Origin: a virus
Taxonomy: Duplodnaviria; Caudoviricetes
Virus record (IMG/VR): IMGVR_UViG_3300032320_001447
Location: 1-64,000 of that record
DNA: 64,000 nucleotides
Reading direction: 5' to 3' (one strand)
Shown: piece after piece, positions 16,845-27,484 of the stretch
Layout of the letters: each line of letters opens with the position of its first letter
Numbering within the stretch: position 1 is the first letter of the stretch
Made by a program: the position numbers and the translations under genes
The notes under the pieces: model-generated
Databases searched by the model: none
What the model was told of the DNA's origin: nothing
The model's input: only the letters and a program-made list of their open reading frames with translations

Positions 16845-18146
16845 TTAGAATGCATAGCTGGTTCCATGTTTGTGTTTTACTTTCATTTGGCCGAATTCCA
16901 ATATGATTTTTATCTCCTCTAGTGTCTTTTTTCCATCCTTTTTACTAAAGTCAAATAGGAAAGAATCGTAAGTGATTAGAATTAATTTGGTCTTGGCGCC
17001 TGTCGTTTTAAGATATGTTTGAATCTCTTGTATCTTATAGATATTTTCCTTGGTCTCTAGGTTTTGCACCACATAGTTAAACAGTTTATACTTGGTCATC
17101 GAATCGTCCATCTTAATTATTCTGCCCGTGGGAAGCTTATACGCGCGTTGCTTGTTATATTGTTTCCACATATCTTCTATGTAAGAACCCATTTGAGCAA
17201 AGAAGTCTATGTGTTTGTACTTTTTATCAACTCCACCGTAAAGCTGTTTAAAGGTAATCGTTTTAGATTCTTTGTATTCCTCTTCAGTAAGTTCTTCTTT
17301 ATTGAAGTAGCTTTTGCCAAGATACTCGTGGAAAGACTCTTGTGGACATTCGAAGCCTATTAACTTTGCGATTAGTCTTAAGTGATAAGCATCGAAGTCA
17401 AATTCAACTAAAAAGTCGTTACTTGGTAAGAAGCAGCTTCTAAAGTCGTTTTCTTTAGGAATCGCCAAGAAGTTAATGCCGTTGAAAGAGTTTGTTGGTC
17501 GTCCTGTTAAATTGTATAGATTGTAGCATGAGTACATCTTGCCCTCTTTGATAGAGTAATTCTGGTCGTGAATCTGGTACTTATCCAGTAAACAGTTTAC
17601 GTCTACCTTTATTGGATTCTCCTCTACAGATTTGTACGCGTTAATGAAGTCCTCTTGCGTTTGTATATCTGTCTCTAGATCGAAGTAGCCTTTAACAGAT
17701 TCGTACAAGCATTGACATCTCTCGTAGTGCTTTGCTATGGGAAGGATCTCATTTATTATGGGAAGGTGCCCATAACGAGAGTAAAAGTCGTGGTGTAAAT
17801 TAGTATCGCAATCGAATTGGTTAAATTCGTTGGTCTGATCTAGATTAACGAAGTGTAAGTCTATGGCGTTAGGTAGATCTAAGAAGTACGAGTGAAACTT
17901 CTTGTCTAATAAGTATACTTTCTTGTGAGACTTAAGAAACGAGTGAACCGCTTCGAAATCTAGACTGAATGATTCTGAATGTTTGAATGGAAATATGTAG
18001 CCTTTTTCTCCGTCGTTGTAATAGAGTAAACTTGCGTACGTTAGTTTAGGGTGAAATCTATCATTGTCAGTAACTAACTGCACGAAGCACTCGTCTTTAA
18101 TATTCAGCTTTTTAAACTGATCAATATTTTCTACAATGAAATACAT
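16845..18146 (-). CDS. Second, short family A polymerase-like protein (thumb deleted, exonuclease degenerate)
   Basis: TGRP, motif A EFDFDAYHLR, motif B SKTITFKQLYGG, NYVVQ, motif C ITYDSFLFD. Confidence 0.8.
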   Translation of the reverse strand: MYFIVENIDQFKKLNIKDECFVQLVTDNDRFHPKLTYASLLYYNDGEKGYIFPFKHSESFSLDFEAVHSFLKSHKKVYLLDKKFHSYFLDLPNAIDLHFVNLDQTNEFNQFDCDTNLHHDFYSRYGHLPIINEILPIAKHYERCQCLYESVKGYFDLETDIQTQEDFINAYKSVEENPIKVDVNCLLDKYQIHDQNYSIKEGKMYSCYNLYNLTGRPTNSFNGINFLAIPKENDFRSCFLPSNDFLVEFDFDAYHLRLIAKLIGFECPQESFHEYLGKSYFNKEELTEEEYKESKTITFKQLYGGVDKKYKHIDFFAQMGSYIEDMWKQYNKQRAYKLPTGRIIKMDDSMTKYKLFNYVVQNLETKENIYKIQEIQTYLKTTGAKTKLILITYDSFLFDFSKKDGKKTLEEIKIILEFGQMKVKHKHGTSYAF

Positions 18147-18199
18147 AACCTTTAATTTGAACTAAATATAACCAATCTAATTGATTGTATTCAATTAAT

Positions 18200-18832
18200 C
18201 TACGAAGTGGGTCTAGAGAATTTGGTGTAGTCACCACCAATGAACTCTATAAGTCCTAAGAAGTTTTTATTAGCATTTTCTATTAATCGCTTATTGGTAT
18301 CTATAATGCCTGCTCGTATATCGTACTGAGAAATTCTTACTGTGTTTAAAGGTCCGGTCAATTTCCAAAGAATATCTACCACTTGATAATAAGATACATC
18401 GTAGTTTACTGTGCCGTTTATAAAAGCAGTGTACTCTTGGGGAGATATTTCCATCACAAAACCCTTGCTATTGATCTTCTTAATAAAGTATCTTATAATA
18501 TAGCCTTTGGTGTAATCTGACTCTAAAGGTTGTGGATAGTATGTCTGTGGTTCACTATTATTTAAAACGTTTTGTAAATTAAAAGAATTTTCCGCAAAAG
18601 TATTTCTAACGGTATTAGTTAATTTTTGAGTTCTTAAAAAAGGACTGTTATTATATAGCTTGATTGGCTTTAAAAGTTGATTTTTTCCATTTATTGGATC
18701 GCTTCCTGTATAAGCTTCACCGTCGTATGTTTCATAAAAAGGTCCAGAGTAAGGAGTTCCGTCTAAAGTGTACTCTTCGCCTTGAGTTCTTAGTTTAGTT
18801 TTTACCGCAAAAGATGGATAGTACCTTATCAT
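18200..18832 (-). CDS. Putative virion/baseplate-associated protein
   Basis: Last gene of the tail operon, 2 nt after the hub gene. Confidence 0.5.
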   Translation of the reverse strand: MIRYYPSFAVKTKLRTQGEEYTLDGTPYSGPFYETYDGEAYTGSDPINGKNQLLKPIKLYNNSPFLRTQKLTNTVRNTFAENSFNLQNVLNNSEPQTYYPQPLESDYTKGYIIRYFIKKINSKGFVMEISPQEYTAFINGTVNYDVSYYQVVDILWKLTGPLNTVRISQYDIRAGIIDTNKRLIENANKNFLGLIEFIGGDYTKFSRPTS

Positions 18833-18834
18833 AA

Positions 18835-21800
18835 TTATAATCTATTTGATATGTGAACGTGAGTTTCATGATTTCCATCAGGAAAATCGTAAGTTAAAAC
18901 GGCTTTATCGTTTCCATATTCTCTATTCAAAAAATACCCATCTAATACTAACTGATTTGTAAACGACTTAACAAGAAGTTTATTTCCTGGTCCTACACTT
19001 TCGCCATTTATTATTGCTATGTCTACCCCTTTTCCTAATGGGTGTCGGCTGTTAGTTACGCCGTGATTATCTACTGCTGTTGTGATTACAACCGTTACAC
19101 CAGCTTTAGAAGCAGCTGCATTGATATCGTTAAGTAAATTCGTACTTATTTTTTTGTCTAAATAATCTTGGTATACATTTCCTAAATATCCTGTTCCAAA
19201 TAATATATTAGAATATTCATTAACTTTCTGAGAAGCATATCCTCTAGCGTTTGGAATTCCTGCTGGTTTATCACTTTCAATTTTACCGTTTAACAGGTCT
19301 CTTTTTGCTTCTATTGCTGATTGTCTTACTTTTAATACCGAAGTAAAATCTTTAAGACCGCTTTTTAAATAATTCATTTGAGTTCTTACGTTCGTAATCC
19401 ACTGATTGTTTTCAAATACTTGAGACAATCCTACAACAGCGAATCCTACACTAGAAAAAGGACTATCATTTATTTTTTTCAAATAGTTTGTTGGTAAGAA
19501 GGTATCATCGACTGTAAATAATTGAGTCATTTGAATTCCTGAAATACCATCCATTGATACATTTAAAGAAACTGGTATTATTGCAGAAGCGACTGTTCCT
19601 GATTCTCTATTTTTAACTATACTCATTTTTTGAATATAGTAGTTAGTAGCAGATCCTATTGCGTTTGTTGAAAACGTATTGTAAAATGTGTAAATAGATT
19701 TAACATGATCGTCGAATTTAATTGCAGCTTCTATTTGCGCTGTATTTTCGCTATCTTTCTTTTCTATTCCTATTTGTTGAATGTCTAAACTAGATCTAAC
19801 GTATCTGTCTTTAAAATCTGTGTTTAAATATCCAAGAGAACTTGCATCTGTAGATAGAGATACTTGTTTACTTACACTAGAATTAGCTGATATGGCCAAC
19901 ATACTGCCTAACTTATTACTTATATTTGTTCTTAATTCTATAGATCTAGCTATGGAATTTTTACCAAATATAGGCAATTGAGAAGTATTGCTAGAAGAAT
20001 ACACGTGATAAGATTGTTCGTTTTTTTCAGTAGGAGCTTGTTGGTCGTCTACCATAACAAAACAGTTAGAAGGATCATGATAAGACAATCTAAACATATT
20101 AAAGTTACCCAAAGATTTATTTAGGTCCAATAAAATTGTTTCTAATAATTGTTTTAAGTATACGCTGTTAGTTCCATCAGCGTAGCTAAATCTTTTAACT
20201 ATATCTGCAGCGTAATTCACATTAACTAACGCATACATCAATCGGCCTTGATAAGCAGACGCATCAGGAACGTAGTATCTAAAATCAGGTATTTTTTTGA
20301 TTATGAAATCTTCCGCATTATCTGGTCTGAATACAGTGTAATCTCTATCTTTTATCTTTCCGGTTTTTCTATCTAAAATTTCAGGATCGAAAAGATCATA
20401 ATAATCTAAATTGCTGCCTTGAAAAGGAATTATAAATTTAGTTATATCTGTAGAAAATTGTTTAGCATTGCTTAAACAAAAGTTTGTGTTAGGATTATAG
20501 TCTAAATATACTAATGGAGTAGGATTATCATTAGCGTCATCAGTATCATAGAGTAAACAGATATTGTTTATCATCATGACAAGCAAGCCTAAAGGTATGT
20601 AAACTGGGTGCTGTGCAGATATGCCTTGTTCTATTTCTGTATTTATATCGTAAGGTAATACATAAGATTTAAAAAGATCTTTATAATCTACTAAAGGTAT
20701 AAGAGACGGAGGCGTGCCAGATAGTAAGTTATAATTAAAACCATATTTAGCTTGATAAAAAAATCTTGTGGCTTTATTTTGAACTTTATCGTACTCTTCG
20801 TCTGGCACTGGAATATTTTGTTCGGAAATTAACTTGTTTAAAATTCCTTTGAATATGCCTTCGCTAAATAAGTCGGATAAAAAACCATCTTTATACGTAG
20901 CATCTTTTTTAGTTAGATCTACAGTGATAGGTGTTTTTTGCGTGTCAATATTTTGAGCTTGACTTAATGATCGTATTTCTATAGACTTAAGCATTATCTC
21001 TAAAGCAGACTGATAGTTTTTAGCGTCGTTTGCTTGTTTACTTAAATACTCTAGATCAGGAGATTGTATAGATTCGGAAGCAAATTCTGATTCGATTTGT
21101 TTTTGAACTGCCGCTATTGCTGCATTCAAATCATTGATAGATGAAGTTTTTTCTCTATCAAAAATACCTTTAATTAAAGAGTTACTTAAAGTTTTATCTG
21201 GATACACCGATCTATTATATTGAACAGATGACGCAATGATTAAACCTGGATCTGAGATTATGACTTTTTCATTGGGATCTGACACTAAAGAAAGCGTTAT
21301 AGAGACCCTAAGAGTATTTGGATTGTATTCTATTGAATCTAAATAAAATAATGGATCGAATTCTTTATATAAATTTAAATTGTTTGTATCCTTGTTTCCG
21401 CCTATAGAGATTTGGAAAAAGAAAGTTTGATTTAACGTATATGACTGCCTTTGATTTTCAGTGTATTTAACTAGATACTCAAATACACTTGTAACAGGCT
21501 GTTCTCTTAAATAGGCTAACTCTGTATTTTTATTTGTTATAACTGTTTCATAAATAGAGCCTATATAAGAAGAATCTAACTTTAAAGTTACGGTTTCTTT
21601 AGCATCTAAATAAATTCTAGATTCCTCCCTATTAAAATAGATCACATCTTTATTTGCTTCTACATCTAATGCTATAAATGCATTTCTTGAACTTGATACA
21701 GTATTTTTATCTACGTATCTTTGAGCCCTAGTATTAACAGTTTCTGCATCTGCTACAATGTCTCTTCTTACATCAGTACCTTCATTAAAAGTTCCCTGAA

Positions 21801-22848
21801 TATCAGATAAGATAAGTTTATTATAGTTCGCTAATAGATTTATTAGTGCAGAACTAGGATTGTTTGTATCGTATTTAAGTAAAATGGCGCTTTCTTTATC
21901 TCTCAAATCTTTCGTTCTATTTGCTAATTCTAAAGCAATTCTTTGGTTGATTGAATTTATTCTTTCTTGATATTCGCTCTGTACGTATTTAGTTATTTCT
22001 TTTATGTATAAATTAGGAAGTTTTGAGTTGTGATTTATTTTTATGCTATCTCCCAAAGTTCCCAAAGCCTGAATTGTTAAAGAGCAATCGTAACCGCCTT
22101 CTTGATTAAAAGAAAAATTAAAGTTGGTAATTATACCCAACATGGCGTCGTAATTTCCTTCAGATTTTCTTACATTTTTTGCTATTTGTAAGTTTATCTC
22201 TTCTTTAGTGTTTATTGTCTTTGAAAAAGGATCGAGGCTCAAATCTTCGCTTTTGTAAAGCTGATCTTCTCCAAATTTGTAGTAGTAAGTGTTTCCCCAC
22301 TCTAAAAATATTGTATATCCTAGTTTAAAATATAAAGCATCAATTACGTCTAATTGCTGTTTATTCCAAGCTTTGAAATTTATAGTGGCAGATCTAATAG
22401 ATCCTAACTTTCCTTGCGTATCTATTTGAACAGAAGTAATTCCTGGTAATGGTCTATATCCGTAATTTTGTACCTCTTCGTAATTTGACGAATCAGCATC
22501 TTTTTTTATAAAATTTTCGTATCCATTTTCTGCAATGTTATATGTAAATCCTTGATTTTCGCTTTTATACGCAGAGGTTCCAGCAAAAAGTACGAATTTT
22601 TTTGCCAAGTCGTTTTCGTCTGTAATGTTATACAATCTTCTAAACTCTTCGAATAACTGCCCGCTTTGTAATTGTATAGAAGATATTGCTCTAAACCAAG
22701 CAGTTTTATTTGCCAAGTAAACTAAGTTATCGTTATCTCTATCTTTAATTGAGTTTCGTGCAATTCTTTCTGTTATTTGGTTTATTACGTACTGAAATAA
22801 CGGCGTGCCTATTACATTAGACGTTCTAAATTGGAATCCATTTGCCAT
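18835..22848 (-). CDS. Large baseplate hub-like protein with C-terminal peptidase M15-like domain
   Basis: N-terminal PLPGITS/FLEWG/YDAMLG hub-type motifs; C-terminal RHPLGKGVDIA...HVHIS Zn-peptidase signature. Confidence 0.65.
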   Translation of the reverse strand: MANGFQFRTSNVIGTPLFQYVINQITERIARNSIKDRDNDNLVYLANKTAWFRAISSIQLQSGQLFEEFRRLYNITDENDLAKKFVLFAGTSAYKSENQGFTYNIAENGYENFIKKDADSSNYEEVQNYGYRPLPGITSVQIDTQGKLGSIRSATINFKAWNKQQLDVIDALYFKLGYTIFLEWGNTYYYKFGEDQLYKSEDLSLDPFSKTINTKEEINLQIAKNVRKSEGNYDAMLGIITNFNFSFNQEGGYDCSLTIQALGTLGDSIKINHNSKLPNLYIKEITKYVQSEYQERINSINQRIALELANRTKDLRDKESAILLKYDTNNPSSALINLLANYNKLILSDIQGTFNEGTDVRRDIVADAETVNTRAQRYVDKNTVSSSRNAFIALDVEANKDVIYFNREESRIYLDAKETVTLKLDSSYIGSIYETVITNKNTELAYLREQPVTSVFEYLVKYTENQRQSYTLNQTFFFQISIGGNKDTNNLNLYKEFDPLFYLDSIEYNPNTLRVSITLSLVSDPNEKVIISDPGLIIASSVQYNRSVYPDKTLSNSLIKGIFDREKTSSINDLNAAIAAVQKQIESEFASESIQSPDLEYLSKQANDAKNYQSALEIMLKSIEIRSLSQAQNIDTQKTPITVDLTKKDATYKDGFLSDLFSEGIFKGILNKLISEQNIPVPDEEYDKVQNKATRFFYQAKYGFNYNLLSGTPPSLIPLVDYKDLFKSYVLPYDINTEIEQGISAQHPVYIPLGLLVMMINNICLLYDTDDANDNPTPLVYLDYNPNTNFCLSNAKQFSTDITKFIIPFQGSNLDYYDLFDPEILDRKTGKIKDRDYTVFRPDNAEDFIIKKIPDFRYYVPDASAYQGRLMYALVNVNYAADIVKRFSYADGTNSVYLKQLLETILLDLNKSLGNFNMFRLSYHDPSNCFVMVDDQQAPTEKNEQSYHVYSSSNTSQLPIFGKNSIARSIELRTNISNKLGSMLAISANSSVSKQVSLSTDASSLGYLNTDFKDRYVRSSLDIQQIGIEKKDSENTAQIEAAIKFDDHVKSIYTFYNTFSTNAIGSATNYYIQKMSIVKNRESGTVASAIIPVSLNVSMDGISGIQMTQLFTVDDTFLPTNYLKKINDSPFSSVGFAVVGLSQVFENNQWITNVRTQMNYLKSGLKDFTSVLKVRQSAIEAKRDLLNGKIESDKPAGIPNARGYASQKVNEYSNILFGTGYLGNVYQDYLDKKISTNLLNDINAAASKAGVTVVITTAVDNHGVTNSRHPLGKGVDIAIINGESVGPGNKLLVKSFTNQLVLDGYFLNREYGNDKAVLTYDFPDGNHETHVHISNRL

Positions 22849-22852
22849 AGGT

Positions 22853-23161
22853 TTATCTTATGCTGTTTATTTCTTTGTAACTGTTTACTATCTCTCTTAT
22901 AGAAACAGGAATTCTTAATTGTGTACCTGGAATTGGCACCAAAGAATCTCCCGGTAAAGCGTTAGCTGATGCTATTACCCACCATAAATTGGAGTCTCCA
23001 TAAAAAGAAAACGCTAACAAATCTAATCTATCTCCAGAAGTTGTTATTACGTAGTTATCATCATTGGAATATGGAATATCAGGATAAATAACGTTTACAT
23101 AGTATTGACTACCTGTACTATTGTATTTTGTCACTGATATTGTATCGTATCTGTTATTCAT
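22853..23161 (-). CDS. LysM-like baseplate protein (gp53/gpX-like)
   Basis: GDRLDLLAFSFYGDSNLWWVIASAN...GTQLRIP. Confidence 0.85.
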   Translation of the reverse strand: MNNRYDTISVTKYNSTGSQYYVNVIYPDIPYSNDDNYVITTSGDRLDLLAFSFYGDSNLWWVIASANALPGDSLVPIPGTQLRIPVSIREIVNSYKEINSIR

Positions 23162-23163
23162 TT

Positions 23164-24921
23164 TTAAGCTTGATCTGAATTAAAAGTAGAAGTTGTGTCT
23201 ACAATTCCTAGTATAGATGTATTTCTCAATGGATTAGTATTTAAAGACGATAGATTAGGATTCGTTATAATAGCCATTTGTGAATCTATTTTCGATCTTT
23301 CAGGTAGATTTTTAAATATAGGTTTAAACGCTACATTAACTTCTATATATTGAGGAAGTTGTCGGCCATCTTCTATTTCCCAAGTTGCTTCATTATCTAT
23401 TGTTACATTTACGCTTTCTAAGAATCCTGGCATTCTAAATAAATAGTCTCCTACGGTTACTTTAACTAAAGGAGCTCTCATGATGCTAGTCTTATCTGAG
23501 TAATCAGGATACACTTGTGAAATCAACCTATTTAATTTAGAATAAAGAGGGATTAATTCTTCAGAAGATCCAGCGGCTATTCTAAAAGAAAAATTTATAC
23601 TTCTTGTAAAACCTTGATAAGTATAAAAATTTTCTCCTCTACCCATATATTTAAAAGCGTTAAGTTCAGCTGTATTATTATCAGTTAAACCAGCGGTTAA
23701 AAATGCTCTAAAAAATAGAGCAACAGAAATAGATGGATTATCATTGTCTACGCATTCAAATACAAATTTAATAACGTCTTTAGTTTCTCCATTAAGCACC
23801 AAATCAGAAGACCATGGATCTGTATCACTATTAAAAATGAAAGGCATAAGCTTATTCATTTTGTCTTTATAATTTCCTATGCCAACATAAAATTTAGATT
23901 CTAAACTTTGTGTATTGTAATCCCAAGCTTGTTTTCTAATAGTTTCGTCTTGTACACTAAGTCTAAAGTCAGTGATCTTAGTTAAACCGGGCGTTGTATT
24001 TTTATTTAGTATAGTATCGTAAGTCATGGTTCTAGTCGAAGCCAACCTAACTGCTGGATTTACTAGACTCGTAGTATCGTCGTATCTTTTTATAATCGTA
24101 GGACCTAAGCCATAACTAGACCCTGGTCCTCCCAAATATTGAAATATCAAACTCTTATCGTAGGAAATTCCAAGCTTGTTTACGAGGTTCAAATTAGCTA
24201 TGCTTTCTCTATCTTCAGTAAAAACTTGATCAGACGATTTTATTTTTAGCTTTTGTAATATTAATAGTCTGTTCGTTTGTTTTTCATTTAAGGCATTCTG
24301 CGCTCCTACTATATCTATGTAAAATTTTTCTAAATAGTTGAATGGACTTAGTCCTATTCTACTTATATGAATACCACCGCCCTGTTCTTTAATCTGCTGT
24401 AAAGTATTTCTACCGTTATTGTAAACTCTTGTATTTTCTATCAGTCCTGGAAGTATCGAAGTGGTTGTAAATTGACCGAACAATGTATTTCCAGTTTCTG
24501 TTTTTGGATTTGAAAGTTGTAAGTTTTTTTGTTTATCCAAAAAAGTTTTTCCTCTAGCAGTTTCTAAAAAAGCTTTTATTCTTCTATGATCTATAATATT
24601 AGAAACCGAGTAATTTTCTCCTCTTGCTTCGACTTCTACAAATCCAAATCCGTTAGTTAACGCCGTATTTACACTACTAAGAGTTCCGCGTCTTGGATAA
24701 TCGAATCCTCCTGTAGATGTTGGTCTAAAAATAGGTTGTGTATTTCCAGAAGTTGGCAAAGGGTTTGAAACAAAATCATTAGGTATTTGAGTTTGTATAA
24801 ACGGTTGATTGGAAGATCCGTAGCCTGGCAAATCTGCGCCAAATTTCAAAGACTTTAAATCTGTTTTTAAACTTATTAAAGGCGTTATAGTTTTCCCTGA
24901 TGTTGAAGATATTATTGGCAT
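23164..24921 (-). CDS. Tail tube initiator / baseplate protein
   Basis: C-terminal YMGRGENFYTYQGFTRSINFSF...PLVKVTVGD; lies between tape measure and LysM genes. Confidence 0.6.
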   Translation of the reverse strand: MPIISSTSGKTITPLISLKTDLKSLKFGADLPGYGSSNQPFIQTQIPNDFVSNPLPTSGNTQPIFRPTSTGGFDYPRRGTLSSVNTALTNGFGFVEVEARGENYSVSNIIDHRRIKAFLETARGKTFLDKQKNLQLSNPKTETGNTLFGQFTTTSILPGLIENTRVYNNGRNTLQQIKEQGGGIHISRIGLSPFNYLEKFYIDIVGAQNALNEKQTNRLLILQKLKIKSSDQVFTEDRESIANLNLVNKLGISYDKSLIFQYLGGPGSSYGLGPTIIKRYDDTTSLVNPAVRLASTRTMTYDTILNKNTTPGLTKITDFRLSVQDETIRKQAWDYNTQSLESKFYVGIGNYKDKMNKLMPFIFNSDTDPWSSDLVLNGETKDVIKFVFECVDNDNPSISVALFFRAFLTAGLTDNNTAELNAFKYMGRGENFYTYQGFTRSINFSFRIAAGSSEELIPLYSKLNRLISQVYPDYSDKTSIMRAPLVKVTVGDYLFRMPGFLESVNVTIDNEATWEIEDGRQLPQYIEVNVAFKPIFKNLPERSKIDSQMAIITNPNLSSLNTNPLRNTSILGIVDTTSTFNSDQA

Positions 24922-24926
24922 GCTAA

Positions 24927-27188
24927 TTAAACGGAGTTATAATTCCCGGTTTGAAGATCTGAATTTCCGTAAGGTGTACTTAATCCTTTGGCTGTAAAGC
25001 TAGCAAAAGTTCTTTCGTCCTGTGTATTTATTTTTCCCGTAACGTTTAACTCTAATACTTTAGGCCCAGTGTAAGCGCCTCCTCCCATTGATCCTTGAGA
25101 CACATTAACAGTTGAAGCGCTTGCATTTCCTTTCGCTGCATTAGCTGAAACACTTACGCTTTCAAAATTTCCTCCTATAGATCTAATTTTTTGAGGAACC
25201 AATTCCTCGTATCTTTCAAATTTTCTTTCTAACTCTTCTGGAAAAGATCCGAAAGTAAGAAAATCGATAACGTCGATAACTCCATTAGTTATAGATAATA
25301 CAACTCCCGCAATATCTGCGAATACATCTCTAATGGTTTCAATAACTCTTTTTATGTTTTTAGGTTCTGATAAGTAATTAACGAACTGTTCAATTTTTTC
25401 AATTACACCTGATTTTTCTACAAAGTCAGAGAAAGATTGAGTCACTTTGTCTAAGAACGCGGCTATTTTTTCTTGAGCAGACGCATTAAGCAAATTTTGA
25501 TATGCTTCCTCTCCAACTGCCGCGGCTAAAGCTTTTTGATTCTTGTATTTTTCTAATCCTAGTCTTAATTGTTCTTTTGCGCTGTCTCCTTGTTTTGCAC
25601 CTAATTTAGATAAAAACTCTTGTTGTTTAAGCATGTCTCCTAGCTGATCTCTAGACATTCCGAAAGCTTTCGCTAAAGACTCTGCTTGTATACGATTCAT
25701 CTTTAAGAATTCTTCAGCGCTACCAACTTGACTCGTAATTTCTTGAGCCGCTTCTGCTAATTCATTATTCAAGAAAAGCTCTCTCGCTTTTGCTAAGTTA
25801 ATGTCTTTACCAGTCAATAATTGAGCTTCAAATTCGCTTGATATGCTTGATTCAAAATCCAAGAAAGAATCAGCCATCGAATCTAGTTGTTTTAATTCTA
25901 GACCCATCGCTTTAACAGTAAGTAAAGACTTGGTTAATTTTTCAGGGTATTTTGCAAAAGTTAATCCTAAGTAACCTCCTAAATTAGAAGCTTCTTTTAA
26001 TATTTTTTGATATTGGAAACTTATACCAGTAGCGTTTTTTAAACCAACAACTTGTGCTAATATAGACTTAGTTATTTTATCTTCTTCTTTTCCTGTTACT
26101 TTAGAAGCTTCATAAAGTCCTTTTCTTGTTTCTAAATCAAGACCCGCTATATCTTTTAATTTGATATTGGTTGCAAGCTGTTCGTCGGTTAACCTATTAG
26201 TTACACCCAAAGCGTCAACCATCTCCATCTGAGATTCGACCAATTTTTGAGAAGTAACTAGTATGTCGCCTTCACTAATACTAATATCTGCGAATTGCAT
26301 TTTCATCTCTCTAGCTTCTGCTGTAGAAAGATTCATTGTTCTAGCAAACTTAACAGTTTTATCTTGAATTCCTAATATGTAGTCTAGGACTGCTTTTAAA
26401 CCTGTTACCATTCCAGATATCGCCGATCCTACGATAGGTATCAAAGTTAATGGATCTGATAAAGCGGTACCTATACCGCCTGCTGCAGCTTTTCCTAATG
26501 ATTTCGCTTTGTCAAAAAACGACAATTTTTTATTCTCTTCGTTTAAATCTCTAGCTTTTTGTACCATGTCTCCATAATACTTGTCGCCTATTCCTAATTT
26601 TTTAGCTAGCAAACCAAAAGCCTTTCCAGTTAAACCTACGCTACTGTTAATTTCTTTTTCCGTAGCTAATTCCGCTTCTAATATTTTTTGAGTTTCTCCA
26701 GCTACTTTATTCGCTTCTATGATTGACGCCAATCTTCTTTCATCTATGTTTAAACGATTCTCATCTGATAGTATTGCTGCGTCTATTGCATTTAGTTGAC
26801 TACCAAGTTGCGTCTGTAAAGCTATATTTCCTTGGAATCTAGCCTTTTGTATTTCTTTCTCTAATCTACCTCTTTCTTTAATATTGTCTACATACCTATT
26901 GGCATTCGTTATTTCAATAGCAGATAAGGTTCTAGCTAAGTCCTGCTCTTTCTTTTGAGAAAGAATTTGTTTCTCTCTTGCTTTTTGAACGTCTCTTTCT
27001 ATAGCTTTTACATTAATAGTTTCCTTATTTAATGCTTTAACTTTTGCAATAGACTCATCTCTCAAATCATTAATTTTTGAGAGTAGATTTATCGATTTGT
27101 CAAGTTCCTTATTTTGATCACCCTGCAATCTTCTGGATTCCCTAAGAGATTCTTCTAGAGCTTTACTAATATCTATTTCATCTGCCAT
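24927..27188 (-). CDS. Tape measure protein
   Basis: Long alpha-helical Ala/Leu/Lys-rich protein directly after the tube and chaperone genes. Confidence 0.8.
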   Translation of the reverse strand: MADEIDISKALEESLRESRRLQGDQNKELDKSINLLSKINDLRDESIAKVKALNKETINVKAIERDVQKAREKQILSQKKEQDLARTLSAIEITNANRYVDNIKERGRLEKEIQKARFQGNIALQTQLGSQLNAIDAAILSDENRLNIDERRLASIIEANKVAGETQKILEAELATEKEINSSVGLTGKAFGLLAKKLGIGDKYYGDMVQKARDLNEENKKLSFFDKAKSLGKAAAGGIGTALSDPLTLIPIVGSAISGMVTGLKAVLDYILGIQDKTVKFARTMNLSTAEAREMKMQFADISISEGDILVTSQKLVESQMEMVDALGVTNRLTDEQLATNIKLKDIAGLDLETRKGLYEASKVTGKEEDKITKSILAQVVGLKNATGISFQYQKILKEASNLGGYLGLTFAKYPEKLTKSLLTVKAMGLELKQLDSMADSFLDFESSISSEFEAQLLTGKDINLAKARELFLNNELAEAAQEITSQVGSAEEFLKMNRIQAESLAKAFGMSRDQLGDMLKQQEFLSKLGAKQGDSAKEQLRLGLEKYKNQKALAAAVGEEAYQNLLNASAQEKIAAFLDKVTQSFSDFVEKSGVIEKIEQFVNYLSEPKNIKRVIETIRDVFADIAGVVLSITNGVIDVIDFLTFGSFPEELERKFERYEELVPQKIRSIGGNFESVSVSANAAKGNASASTVNVSQGSMGGGAYTGPKVLELNVTGKINTQDERTFASFTAKGLSTPYGNSDLQTGNYNSV

Positions 27189-27216
27189 TTAGCGCGCGTT
27201 AGTTATGTATAAATAT

Positions 27217-27474
27217 TTAAGTCTTAGATTTTACTTTGGAAACAAAAGTGGGCTCCTCGCTCTTAGATTTAGCGAATTCTGGTATATTGATCTTCTTATG
27301 ATCTGTTTTCTCGGTGATTGTCTTATTTTTCTCGTTTCGTACCTCTTCTACTCGTTCTAAGTACTCGTTGATCTTTTTAAGATTGAATCTCCTCTTATTC
27401 ACGTCCATGTTCCATACCTCGGAATAGGTAAAGCCTCCGCCACCATGATAGGTGAGCTCAAAGACTTCGGTCAT
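27217..27474 (-). CDS. Tail assembly chaperone, second part (gp51/GT-like); probably made as a frameshift fusion
   Basis: Frame is open upstream of its ATG, through the T-run at 27500-27511. Confidence 0.65.
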   Translation of the reverse strand: MTEVFELTYHGGGGFTYSEVWNMDVNKRRFNLKKINEYLERVEEVRNEKNKTITEKTDHKKINIPEFAKSKSEEPTFVSKVKSKT

Positions 27475-27484
27475 AAACGTGTGT

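Noticed and set aside
18178-18197. Palindrome TAATTGA-N6-TCAATTA as an operator upstream of the short PolA
   Set aside because: AT-rich single copy; could arise by chance or be a weak terminator
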